A stretch of DNA of 64,000 bases from Octopus sinensis (GCF_006345805.1 NC_043005.1:93062001-93126000), one strand, 5' to 3'. Numbered from the stretch's first letter, positions 50,340 to 63,439 are shown. The notes: generated by a model not told the origin, from the sequence alone. Numbers and translations are program-made.

Positions 50340-50670
50340 GGATTAGGTTTATTTAGGGTGGTTTCCAATGATCAAATGCTCTTCCTGTCACTGTCTCCCA
50401 CCTCTTTCCAAGCAAGATCATATTTCCCCATGGCCAGACTTGTTTTCACAGAATATTGGAAACGATATTATGTAATATAAAAACGAAGAGATACAAACCC
50501 ACACAAATGACTTTCAGTTTCCCTCTACCAAATCCACTGACAAGACTTTGGTCAGCCTGGAGCTACAGTAGCCCAAGGTGCCACTTGTCCAAGGTGCCAT
50601 GCAGTGGGACTGAACCTGGAACCTTGTGGTTGGGAAGCAAAATTTCCTACTGCACAGCCACACCTGTACC
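50340..50670 (-). mobile_element. tRNA-derived SINE, family B
   Basis: Reverse-complement match (CAAGGTGCCATGCAGTGGGACTGAACC). Confidence 0.8.
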
Positions 50671-51610
50671 AGGTATACATATACTATGATTGTTTCTTAC
50701 TGTGGACCTTTTCATCTGTTTTGAACTGGAAATATTTAGGGGGTGCTGTAAGACCTTAAAAGAAAAAAATTAAATATTTCTACCAAATATAAGAATAGAT
50801 GATTGAAAATTCAGTTGTCAGTTATTAAAAGTGTCAGCTGTTTTAACTCTTTCAAACAGATATTTCTCCCATTTAACATGTGTAATGACATGTAGGATTG
50901 AAGGCAACAAACAGAACAAAATTTAGTCATAGACAAACAGACAGACAGATATAACCCATTTGATCTCTCTTAGTAAATTAGTCTCCTGTTGTATTTGACA
51001 TTTCCGAGAGTAGTAAAGATTGTTCAGTGTTTCAAAGAGTTTGAGAGAAAGTTATATAAGCTCTCAGCTAGGTGTATAAAAAACAAAACAAAAACAAAAA
51101 AAGCTTCTACAGGTAAGTGTACCTGTGAGCTTTTTGTGTTGTTGGCAAATACAGTTGAATAGAAATGGCTGTGTGTTGTTTGTTATAGTTTATTGGACAC
51201 ATAAATAGATATAGATTTGTGTGTGGAAGGTGTGGGGGAATGTGATCAAGCCTTTTTTACCCACTTGGTATAGTTTATTTTTTATGTTTTTATGTTATTT
51301 ATTGAATTAGTAATTCCTTTAAAATCAAGTAATTGTGGTACATGTTTAAGTAATTATTTGTTATTCATTTTAATTTGATATTCCCTTTGTTCATAATTAA
51401 TCTTTGAATAAATAGGAAAGTTGTTTTATTTTTGTTTTCATTAGTATCCAATAACATCATTAATATGTTAGAGCTAAAAAAAATGGACTGCCACTTTCTA
51501 TAATCCTTGTCCAGGTACTATTTTATATCTTAAATCTTCTTTAATGGTGAGTGATAGAACCCAAGTAGATAAAACACTGACTCGTCTACCAAATGTTTCA
51601 AGTTCAATTC

Positions 51611-51824
51611 TTAACCCCTTCATTATCATATTTCTGTTGCTTTTGTTTGAATTAATTTTGAAAGTAATGAAGAATTTAGTAAAATAACTTTGTCGTTAAT
51701 CAAGCTAGTGTTTAAAACATAAATTAACATGAAGTTAATGAGCAAGTTCAATTTAGATAAATTTAAAATGGTTTTTACCATTGAATCAGGGGTGGTGGTC
51801 ATGCGGATTGATATGGAAAGGGTT
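51611..51824 (+). mobile_element. MITE family M1
   Basis: TTAACCCCTTCATTATC start; shared core. Confidence 0.7.
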
Positions 51825-51934
51825 GGATTGTTGTTGTTTATTCAAAGTAGTGTAAATCAATGAACAACTGTTTGGTATGATAATGTTTTAAGTATTTATT
51901 GTATTGGATTACAATATGGATTTTGAATCCTCAC

Positions 51935-52120
51935 TGTGCCGGTGGCACGTAAAAAGCACCCACTACACTCACAGAGTATTTGGCGTTAGGAAGGGCATCC
52001 AGCTGTAGAAACACTGCCAGATCAGACTGGTGCCTGGTGCAGCCTTCTGGCTTCCCAGACTCTGGTCGAACCGTCCAACCCATGCTAGCATGGAAAGCGG
52101 ACGTTAAATGATGATGATGT
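51935..52120 (+). mobile_element. RTE LINE 3' tail fragment (young)
   Basis: TGTGCCGGTGGCACGTAAAAAGCACCC...GCGGACGTTAAATGATGATGATG. Confidence 0.85.
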
Positions 52121-53099
52121 AGAAATTAACTTTGTACTTTTACATTCTAGCTGGATTATCAGTAATAGGGCTGCAACATGAAAGCCCCCTAAAAATTAAA
52201 AACAGAAGCCACATTGCTTGATGGATATAGTTTACATTAAGGACTGTGTAGTTAGTTATTATGTCTACCAATTACAATAGTTCACGAGTATCCTGCTTAG
52301 TTCCAATTAATAAATGGTCGTTTAACCAGTCACTCTAATTTGTTTCAATATTCATGCCATTTGTGGTGTGTATGCATTAGTTATTAATTTCATTGATCCC
52401 TTCTACTTCTTATGGATGTACTAAACCCCCCCCCCCCCACGCACACACACCTTTTTTTGTATGACTGAAGTAAAAGAGTTGACTTTTCTAATCACTGACG
52501 GGAAGGAAGGAATTCTCTCCAGTCTTTTGCTGGCACACCTCCTCCTCCACCCCTCATCTACCTAGACTGGTGAGACCAATGGTGCTGGTTTCTCAGTTTA
52601 AACATTTATAGATGGCAGAAGGGATGGGGAAGAGAGGATATTTCTAAGGGGTAGGGTTCTGGAGGCAACTGGTTAAGGAAAATAATTGATGTAATTATGT
52701 AAGGGGAGAAGATGGAGTAATGGCATGAGAAGAGAACTACATCAGGTGGGCTTTTGTGGAGTTGGTCTGTGACTCTCTTGTTGAGAAGAGATTGCAATGG
52801 CTGTGAAAGCAAGTGTGTGTTTTCTGGCTAATTTGCTCAATAACATTCTTTTGGATATGGTTTAGGTTGTTTGTATAAAAGACCATGTCGGGTACAGTAA
52901 TATTGGTCAACGTGGAGCATCCCCCAACCTGATTGCAGTTGAAGTATTTTCCAGCCTTGAAGAAGAAACTTAGTCTTTGAGATGCAGTTATTGCAATGTT
53001 TAAACATCGTTCCATATGAGATTAGCAGAGGTTGTGAGGCAGAGTATTTGTAGTCAGTCTGGCCATTTTGTCATTTTTCGTACATAAAGTGTAACTGTG

Positions 53100-53788
53100 G
53101 AAGTTGGTGTCTGCATTCCTTCCTGAGGAACACCTCTTTGATCTTGCCCACAAGCTTGGCCTTGGTGTTGTAGACAGAGTGATTGGTGATCTTTCTCAGC
53201 CACACCCTAACCCATAGTAATCCATGGGATTACAATCGAGGAAATTAGGAGTTCTAGAAATAGGGGCTTGTGAAGTCTTATAACTCTTTCTGGAAGTATG
53301 GAAAGGAACCAAATCCTGATGTCATACATATGGCCTCCCTGCAGCAACCTTCTCTAGCCAGTGATTGACCACAGTCTCCAGCTGTTTTAACATAGCCATC
53401 TGAACTGAGCCTAAGGCATTGTTCATCAGTTGTTGGATGAATTCTGGCATGTGGATGCAGCCAGAATACCTGCCATGTCCTTGCCCACTGGCCAACGGTT
53501 TCATAGACTCTGTTGCAGCTGTCCATGTCATGTCTTACAGCCTTTACAGTGTTCATGGACCACTGAGCAGCAGTCACAGTGTTGATATTTTCATATCCAG
53601 TGGGAATCCTCACGAGACAGGTAACTTTTTTTTCAGGTATTCATTCACATGGCCTCCAGGCTTTGATGTCAGCTGTTTTCTCAACTACAATTTTAATCTT
53701 TATGCTCCCCAATGCCATTGACTGTTCATTAGGCTGTACCTTAAAAAAAAATGTAACAAATTCATCAAATTTAGCCCAAACACCGTGT
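53100..53788 (-). mobile_element. Decayed maT/DD37D-type Tc1/mariner transposase fragment with one TIR
   Basis: Minus-strand translation KQLETVVNHWLEKVAAGRPYV*HQD... and, after frameshifts, DCNPMDYY...KLVGKIKEVF (second and third catalytic-Asp regions). TIR-like CACGGTGTTTGGGCTAAATTTG at the right end. Confidence 0.7.
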
Positions 53789-55700
53789 GTGTGTACGCAC
53801 ACTTTGAAGAAAGAGAGAGAAGTGTATAGAAAGACTGATTACAATTATAGATTAAAGCAAATGTAGTTAAGTGAGGAAAAAGCTATGTACAGTAAGCAAA
53901 ATAGTGAATGTGCGAGTGCAAGAAATGTGTAAAACTTAAAAACAGCTGGATAGTGATGTGGTCAGGAAAATTAGTGAAGCCCCACTTAATTCACTTAAAA
54001 GATAAAGATTTGAAAAAGGAGGAAATCTTTCAATAAGATTGAGGTGGGGATGATTTTTTAGTAATCCCCCCCTTAAAGTTTGAGACAGGGTGAGATATGT
54101 GGCGTCTTTGAAAAAGAGAAAATGTAATTGGACATAATTTCCACTGCTGGTGTAATGATGTGTGAGAACCTTTAGCTATGCGTTTGAGTAGAAATAGCCT
54201 GGCAATAACAAAGCAGAGTATTGGTTGCAGTTTCCTCTGGTTGTTAGTTGCTTCAACTTTCAACCTTGAAAGAGTATTTGGAATTTGTTAGGGTCACCAC
54301 TTAGAACTGTTGTTATTGATATTTGTATTCAGTTCATGTCAATATACTTTCAGACACTGTCCAGATATCTCTGGTTTTGACTGTGGTCACAAGGCTTACT
54401 TGCATCAAATTCAAATGTAACTCTAAGAAACTGAAATTAATTATGATCTGTTACTTTCTTGAAGCAAATATCTCCATAAAAGCTCCAGTTATATCATCTC
54501 TCTTAAGTTATACAATAAGTTGACATATAGACATTTTTTTTCTTTTAATTATTAGAAACACTTACTTAGCTAAATGTAACATTTCTTCATTTCAAATTAT
54601 TTTAAAATCTTTAGTTTTAAGTTTCTTAATACATTCAGCAAATATGTTCTGGCATATAATTATAGGAAATGGTCAAGAGAAGACTTTTATTGTTTTCCTG
54701 GAGTGTTGCTGTATCTCTTTATTTCTGTTACATATTGAAGTTGTTTAGAAATTTCATTAGTTATTATCGGAAAATGATTCAGTTTGACAATGATGGAGAC
54801 TCAATAGCAAAGACCAGAATTCATTTGTATGACAGTTTTACAATATCTTAGTTGTTGAATTGTAAACAATTCAGAACCAACCACCATTATATATTGTTGA
54901 ACCACTAAGCTCCTACCGTCTGCCTAATAAGCTTGTGGTAATTCCATTTTTTTTGGCTCTTATAGTACTTTTTAATGACAACGAAAATTTATTCAATTTC
55001 CATTGCTTAAACCTGAAACAAGTTCCCTCCTGCTACCACTGCAAATGATATTTCTGTTATATATTTTGACCGAAAACACATTTTCTTGAAAACAACATTA
55101 TTGAAATCCTGGAAAAGGTTTCTTTGTTGCTTTTAACCGTAAAATACTAATTCGTTGCCACTGCATTTGGTTGCTTAATACTTGTTTAGATCTTTTTTTT
55201 TTACCGAGACATCCCCTGTCATCAGTTTGGCCAGATGCTGATTAACTTTAACTTTTTTCCACATATTTTATGAGTCTCTAAGACGAAACAATGAACTCTT
55301 TGCATTCAGTTTCTTGCTTTGTTATTTGTCTAGTAGTCTTACGTTTGGTTTGATTTATTCACAGAGAAGAGTCATTTTTTAATTGGACCATTGCTTAAGT
55401 ATGGCTTTGGTAACAAATAATCGTCTTGCATTGAAAGATGTAGGTCGTCATTGTGTCTTGTGCAGACTAATTTTCTTCTTTGTCGGGTGTTTCTTCTATT
55501 CGTGCTAATGTTGGTTTTCGTCTGCCTTTGAATGCTGCCACTTCTCACGTTGTGGCTGTTTACATAGATTGAAATACTTTGTAAATTGAGAAGCCTTTTT
55601 ATTTTTTCTTTCCTTTCTATAGAAAAGACACTATTTTATGAAATATTAGTCTCAGTCTCGATTGTCATTTTCATTTGATACCTGAGCTGTTAGTTATTAG

Positions 55701-55729
55701 TCAACATGGAAAAACACCTTACCTATCAG
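55701..55729 (+). CDS. Putative short start-containing exon (MEKHLTYQ)
   Basis: ttattag acceptor, ATG 55706 in a good Kozak context (AACATGG), CAG|gtaaca donor. Confidence 0.25.
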
Positions 55730-57394
55730 GTAACATTTTCAACTTGATGACATTTGATGCTGCAAAATGCTGGGATGGTTTTTACTTTTGTTTCTCTTTG
55801 ATTTCTTGGTGTTTGCATAACAGACTCATGCTGCAGCTGTCTTCAATTGCTCTTTCTCATGTTTAATGTCTTCTCCTATATTCTATGATTTCAACTAATA
55901 ACTGACTCCTTCCGAAACGTATCATTTGACATGAGCTTTACATTCAAATCATAGCTGTTAGATTGTAAATCTACTTGTGTTAAATTAGGTTTAGTTGTTC
56001 TTTAATTACTTCATTTAACTTGTCTGCCATATCTCTTATGACTAGTCCCATTTTATTCCATAATTTCTAGTCTCAACTTGGGAAATTTAATGATATTATG
56101 TTATTCATGTTTCCTTTCTCAATTGAAAAAAAAAAAAAGAAAGAAAAAAAGAAAAAAACTTTTTTGATTTTATTTTTGATATTTCCTTGCTTCAAATCGC
56201 GTCTTTTATAAAATTGATGCCAAATTTTGCATCTGATTCTCTGCCAGTTTATATTAATTCAGTATGGGGCAATATGAAAAGAACGAACATCTCCTGTTTG
56301 TAGAGAGAATCTTTAAAACTGGAATTTTGCCAGAATTGCTGAGTCAAATCTCATTTATTTTCCAATATACCACTCACCCCTTAAAGGTGTCAAGGAATTA
56401 TTATGGAAAATAATGATGATTATTCTTGCAGATTTGACTATTTCATGTCTGTTTAGTTCTCTTCCTTGAAGAAGCCTTACCATTAGAAGAGTGCCTATTT
56501 AACTTCAAAATAGCTGCTGCTGGTATATATTATATTCTAGCTACAGTTCTTCTTCAGTTTATAATATGCTTTGTTTTATTTCTATATTTATCCTTTTATT
56601 TATTTTTGTTCTCAAATTTTACAATTTGTGATATCCTTTTTACTTATGCATTAACCTTTTGACATCAAGTCTAGCTGGCACTTGTGATGATCATCACAAA
56701 CTTTTTGTTTATCCAAGTAGGGAGTAAAAAAACAACAACAAAAGCTACTAAAATAGTAAATCTAATGTTTTTTTGATAGAAATCTGCTGTTTGCTTTTCT
56801 TTTAGGCTTGTGTGTAAAGTAAGGGTGCCAACTTATTTACGGCCACTATTTCCTCATTAGCTATTCATCTGTTTAGAAAGCTCTGCATTTGTAGGCAATC
56901 CAAAATGTTTTCTGGTCATTTAGGAATTATATGAGCTAAAAAGAAAAAAGAAATTATTTTGCAGAAGTAATTGTTTGAAAATTATGGAGGACACCTTACA
57001 ACTTATAATTTAAATTCAGTGAGCATTTCAGTTGGAAACTTAGCTAACTTGACAGATAGACACACAGACAGATAAATAGAGGAGAGACAGACAGAGTAGA
57101 ACAAGAATAATTGCATAAGGTATAATTAGATTTTCCAAAATTTCAATTTCATTAGAATTGTTATTAGTTCTAGTTTAGTTAATGTAAATTGTTGTAAACA
57201 AATGTAGAATTTTAACTCCTGAAAATACTGTGGTATAAAACGTGTAAAAAGCTGATAAAATCTGCAGAAGACAATCATTACATGATAGAAACCAACAAAT
57301 GAAACCTTCTCAGTACATTGACTAATTCAAACTGATTCTAGTTTATTGGTGTTTGAAGAGTTTCTTTCTGGTTTTGAAGGCTATCGTTTCTGCA

Positions 57395-58590
57395 TCATCA
57401 TCATCATCACCATCATTTAATGTCCGTTGTCCATGTTGGCATGGGCTGGAGGGTTTTGGCCAGGCCTGGCAATGTAGAAGGCTGCACCAGACTCCATTCT
57501 GATTTGGCATGGTTTCTATGGCTGGATGCCCTTCCTAATGCCAACCACTCTGAGATTGTAATGTGCCACCAGCATGGGTACCTTTTGCATGACATCAGTA
57601 TCTGCCATGACCAATTTTACTTGGCTTCTTCTTCTCAAATGCGGCATAATACCAAAGGTTTCAGTTATTTGTCATTGCCTCCATGAGGCCCAACACTTTT
57701 TATGTGCCACCAGCACAGTTGCTAGTTACATAACACCAGTATCGGCCATGACTACAATTTCACTTGGCTTGCTGGGGTCTTCTCAAGCACAGCATATCAC
57801 CAAAGGTTTCGGTCACTTGTCATTGCCTCCGTGAGGCTCAAACTTCAAAGATCATGCTTCATCACTTCATCCCATGTCTTTCTGGGTTTACCTCTACCAC
57901 AGGTTTTCTCCACAGTCAGAGATTGGCTCTTCTCTACACAGCTGTCCTCCTCCATGTGCATCACATGACCACACCAGTGCTGTTGTCTCTCGGTTCCTCT
58001 TATACCCAACTTTTCTCTCAAGATGTTTACACTCTGTCATACCTGTACACAGACATTGCACATCCAGCAAAGCATACTAGATTCATTTCTTTCAAACCTA
58101 CACATGTCCTCAGTCATCACAGCCCTTTTTTCACTGCTGTGTAGCATAGTTGTTTGTGCACAGGTATCATACAATCCGCCTTTCACTTTGAGGGAGAGGC
58201 CCTTTGTTGCCAGCAGAGGTAGGAGCTCTCTGAACTTTGCCCAGCCTAATCTTATTCCCGAAGCTATGCTCTTGGAGCATCCACCTCTGCCACTAACTTG
58301 GCCACCTAGGTAATGGAAGCTATCTACTACCTCTAGCTTACCCCACTGGCAGTTGATGCAGTCTATTTTCTGTACATTTTTGGTGTTTACTGTACCTGTG
58401 CATCTTCCACAAACACACAAGCTATTTTCCCTATTAACCTTTCTGCACCTCTTATGTGTCCATAGCTTACGCTGGACACATTTTATGGTGTTTCTACCAA
58501 CACCTTTTTTACAGATCAAGCAGGGCCATCTACCTGAGGGGATTTGTGATTTGTCTGCCTTCCTAGTTACCAAGACTTTGTTTATTCTAT
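57395..58590 (-). mobile_element. 5'-truncated RTE-clade LINE (RT C-terminus with PHD-like zinc finger, 3' UTR, (GAT)n tail)
   Basis: ORF 58037-58573: WPCLICKKGVGRN...WTHKRC...CGRC...LEVVDSFHYLG...IRLGWAKFRELLPLL...LSLKVKG.LY..C...MLH.SE, typical RTE ORF2. The tail matches the many short RTE fragments. Confidence 0.9.
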
Positions 58591-58790
58591 AAATATCTTA
58601 GTTACATATCTTAGTTAATTATATATTTTTTGTGATTATGTTACACACTAGCAGATTAGTTGATTGAACAATTAATGAAGCAATTAGTTAATTGGTTACA
58701 TGGTTATCTAGTTGACTAATAATCATTCTTTCTACTATAAGTACATTTTTGGGAAGGGAGCTGTTTATTACCTTAGCGCTCAACTGATAT

Positions 58791-59235
58791 TTATTTCATC
58801 AACACCCAAAAAAGATCAGACAAAGTCAGTGTTGCTGGAGTGAATTTGTAAAGCTTTATAAACCTCCAGTGAGGTCTTGTGTTGGTTCTGTACCAATTGC
58901 ATAATACCATTCTATTTTTCCGAGATGCAGAATTTATATTAGTCGAACCAGTATCTTCATCCTGATTGTTGCTTTCACTAGATTTTGGCTGAAGAAGACT
59001 CCAGCCTTCTTCAAAATCCACTCTGTCACTGCCTACAGGCACAGTATAGTAGATAAAGACATTGGCTAATGCAGTGCAGTCACCTAGAGACTCTGAGTTC
59101 AATCGCAGGCAAGGCACTAAGGTGAATCCCAAGATTCTCAAAGAAGCCTGAAGCAGACACAGCTGAAACCTAGTGGAAAGCAACGAGCTAGACGAGGACG
59201 TCTGTCCAATTAGTCTAAACACTGTACGGAGTGTA
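58791..59235 (-). mobile_element. Decayed RTE-clade 5' region and start of the AP endonuclease
   Basis: ORF 58791-59222 ends RKNRMVLCNWY...RPHWR...LYKF...LS, a degenerate form of the RTE 'xWNVRT...RPxRR...EL.RY.IDIAALSE' start. Confidence 0.5.
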
Positions 59236-60861
59236 TATTGCTCATCTCAGAAATGTAGAATTGTAAGTTGGTTATTGCTGAACAAAGAAGGTTTATGTCT
59301 CTGTATCAAGAATCATCTGAACCCTTTGTAAATTTCTGGTACCATCTTTAAGGGTCCACATTGTGTAGCCAGTAATGTTGATTAAGGGAATCAAACTATC
59401 ACAGATGAATTAAGATGAATGAAACTCCTTGAAGACATGTACCGTACGTACCAGGGAAGAATTATAGTTGGTAAATATACCACTCAATGCATATAAGGAA
59501 TACTAATTCCTGTCATGATGCAAAAGAACTTTGGCTCATCCAAACCAAATCAGGCCTTGAAACAAACCAAGTATGCTGTCACTGGTGATGGTGCTTATCG
59601 TAGCAAGAGTGCCTCTTCTCTCAGAAGCATCCATGTTGGTAACATGGAATAACAGGATTAAACCTGTTGTGAATGGGTTCTTAGTAAAATTACATGTTCA
59701 ATCTGGGTATTTAGTCCTTATATTTCAAGGAGACATGAAAATATCATTGAGAAATATGAAATTGTTAAAATGAATGAACACTTTTCAATTGATATGTGGC
59801 TGAACCATCAGAGTTGATGCTGTGGCTGAGAAAAAAACTTAACTTGTGGGTTAAAGCACTCATTAGCCTTCAGTAGTTAGACTCAATCACTGTGTTAGTG
59901 AACCTTCATATATATATATTGTTACATATTCGTTGTACAAATGCTCATTGTTGGACTGTTTATTGTACATCATTATGAATTATTTACCACATAACATTTG
60001 ATTATTCAAAATAAATATTTATGATGGAGCTCCCTTGTCTAAAATAGATTTTTGTTAGATTTAGATTTATTATCAATGATATATTATGTTAGCATAAATT
60101 CCTTCCAAACAATGCGTTCTGTGTGATTTGTTCTTTACAAACTCACTGCTGCTTCAGTTTAATTAAGACTCGAAATAATTTTTAAAACTTATTTTTGCTT
60201 TTATCTTTTATTTACATTATTGAAATGTTAAGAATGTATGCATGTGATTTAAAACAAAACTAATTATTTTTATTTGCTTGTTGTTTTTTTTTTTTCCCTA
60301 TTTTTATTAACTTCTTTTTCCTAGATCACCTGATGAAATGTGACACTCAAAATTATTAAAACTGATATTAGCAAAGTAATAAGTCCAGTATGATTTCTCT
60401 AATTGATCAAAGGATATAATTTTCTTTTCTGTTTTGCTTGACTTCACCACAAACTAGTTTTGGGAACAAATTTCTTTTGGCTACATCAGAATAAAATTAG
60501 AGGGTATTTTAATTGCAATAGTTTTTCCCTTTCCCTGATAAATAAACCAACGATTATTAGTGATAGTTACTATACACTAAATGCGGAAATAATTGATTCA
60601 ATTCTTGTCATTTTGATCACTCTTGACAATGATATCCTTCAGAAATACTTTGTAGATTTATTTTTTATTTATTGTCACACTCTACGCACCTTTCTTGTTG
60701 CCATTGTCATAATTACCCTTATTTCTTTACCTCTTTCAAAATTATTGTTAAATTTTTGTAATTACTTCCTTCAACATTTTCAATAAATTAGCTTTAATGT
60801 CACTTTTCTTTTATTCTCTTTCCGTAACCCTTATTTCACTTGTGTTTAGAAACAAATCCCT

Positions 60862-61090
60862 TTAACCCTTTCGTTACCGTATTTCTGTTGAGATGCTCTG
60901 TGTTTCTTTCAATTACTTTAAATGTAACAAAGAATTTGGTAAAATAACTTAGTTATCATTAAGCTGGTGTTAGGAACATAAATTGTGACTAAGGTTTGGT
61001 GGAAGATTTTAATTCAAAACTTATGCAGACAAGACATTTGTACTACAGAGCCTGAGCCAGTTTCAGCTGGGTTGGTAATGAAAGAGTTAA
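60862..61090 (+). mobile_element. MITE family M1, intact
   Basis: TIRs TTAACCCTTTCGTTACC and GGTAATGAAAGAGTTAA. Confidence 0.85.
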
Positions 61091-61758
61091 CACAAGCTCG
61101 TTTTCTCAGCTTGTCTTTTAATTATTATTTTTTTTTTTTTGTTACAATATTTTATATTGACTAACTGAAATCATAGGAACACTTATTTGACTTAACCTAA
61201 CTCAATAAGAATTGTATGCTTTTAGTCCTTATTCTGTGCTCACAGAAATGCCAAGACTGAATGATGATGTAGTTTTGTGTTTGGCTTTATCATTCGAAGT
61301 GTTCTTTCCATACCTGTAAGTTGAATACATCATCATCATCATTATATGACCTCCCTTTTATGCTTGTAGGGGTTGCATAGATCATTATGATCTGTTTCAC
61401 TTTTCATTTGCAACTATTTGTCCTCCTAAACTGGACCTTTACTAATTGGTTTCTCTTCCTAACATTGACCATTAAGTGTCCTGGGTGCATCTTACCTTGG
61501 CACCAGTACTAGATAGGTTGTCATGTCTTTGACAAAACATGACTTTTGAGTTCTTTCAACTTTGTCATGTCTGCTCATTCACCGACCACTTTTCAGGGTG
61601 TACTGTGTTTAGTTTATTGACACAAGCGCTAAGGACTTGCCTTGTGCTCAGCAAGACAAAAAAGATCTTCACCAGTTTCCATTCAGGACAACATGACTAC
61701 CAATGGTGATAAAAATAATAAGAAAAAGAGGTTGATTACAGCAATGAACTGGCTGAAC

Positions 61759-62125
61759 TGTTTTTCCATGTTACACCAGACTGGAGGTTGGTGACTTGTA
61801 GTGCTCTAGGTCACCCATGCATGAGGAAATGGACATTAAAAGGGAGGAGTGATGAAAGTAGGATAAGTCTACATCTGGCAGCACTTTTACCCATTTTTTT
61901 CTGGTCGAATCCCCAGCTGCTGTCCCTTTTCCCTATTCAGTACCCTCCTGTCTCTCTCTACCAGATCCCTTCTCTCCCATCATGAAATCTGAATAATGGC
62001 TGAAGGGGGACGCAAAGAAGTGAGTGTATATTAGGAGAAAGAGAAGGTTGAAATGGAGAGGACACAGTGAAGATGAGGTGTAATGAGAGAAAGTGTAAGG
62101 GTCAGAGGTATTAGCTAGAAATAAA

Positions 62126-62166
<41 letters not shown>

Positions 62167-62682
62167 GTGGATAATCTTAGAAATGCTTGATGGTAAAGAG
62201 AGTGTGATGGATGTTGATAGCAAGTGACCAAGAGAAAAAGTAATGGTAGATAGCTGTAAAGAAGCTGAATGTTATCTTATGTGTGAGAAAGAGAAAGAGA
62301 GAGCATTTGATGAATAGTGATGATAGCAATAGTAAGAGAGGGATGGATGTCATGAAAGGAGTGACTTGGAGGAGGAGGAGTGATGACTAGTAGCGTAGAA
62401 AGGTAAATGGAAGAGATAACAGACCCAGTGCAGGCAGCCATTATTCAGATTTCATGATGGGAGAGAAGGGATATGGTAGAGAGAGAGAGACAGGAGGGCA
62501 CTGAATAGGGAAAAGGGACAGCAGCTGGAGACTGGACCAGAACAAAATGGGTAAAAGTGCTGCCAGATGTAGACTTACCCTACTTTCATCACTCCTCCCT
62601 TTTAATGTCCATTTCCTCATGCTTGGGTGGCCTAGAGCACTACAAGTCACCAACCTCCAGTCTGGTGTAACATGGAAAAACA
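61759..62682. repeat. 244/248-bp inverted repeat (~96% identical) around a 432-bp purine-rich spacer
   Basis: Arms 61759-62002 and 62435-62682 aligned by eye: about 9 substitutions plus a 2-bp CT indel. ORFs 61788+ and 62441- give near-identical peptides. Confidence 0.95.
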
Positions 62683-63044
62683 AATGTATAACGCCGTTTG
62701 AACACTTTTGAAACCAACCTTAGTTCTCTGATTGAAAAAAAAACAACTTTAAATTGATCTCAGCTGGAACCCCGTTCATCAGAATTCTATGTTAATTTGT
62801 GTTGCACCAACAAAGGTATTAAAGTGATTGCAGTAAATTCTGCAATATTTTCAAAGGCAATCAAAACACTAGCAGTGTATTTCAATATAGAAACAAAAGA
62901 GTTCCCGGATGATTTTGAATAAGATTAATCTTGGTAGAATTTAATTACACTAAAAGTGTTAAATTTTGAGTTGGCCATTTCTTGCTGTCACTTGACCTTA
63001 TTTTGAAATGATGCTGTTTCGTCCTTGCAATGATGTCTTGAATT

Positions 63045-63430
63045 ACTTTTGATGTGGTCAAGAAGTTTGCTTCCCAACTTCATGGCTTCCAGTTCTGTTT
63101 CATTGTGTGGCATCTTGAGCAAGTGTTTCCCATTATAGCCCCAAGCTGACCAAAGCCTTGTGAGTGAATTTGGCTGAAGGAAACTAAAAGAAGCTCTTTT
63201 GTATGTAGTGTCTATGTATAAGTTTGTGATAGTTTTAAACAAGTCACTGTCATACAAGTTGTCTCATTCACTTCCAGCATTTTGTGGGAATATATCTGGT
63301 TGGGGAAGACAGTGTCTACATTTGGAAACTTTTGTGGGATGGCAACAAGAAGGGTTTCTGGCCATAGAAAATCTGCCTCAATAAAGTCTGTTCAGTCTAT
63401 GCAAGCATGGGAAACGGTTGTTAGGGTGTT
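63045..63430 (+). mobile_element. tRNA-derived SINE, family B (diverged)
   Basis: AAGAAGTTTGCTTCCCAAC head, CCAAAGCCTTGTGAGTG core, RTE-like tail. Confidence 0.7.
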
Positions 63431-63439
63431 GATGATGAT

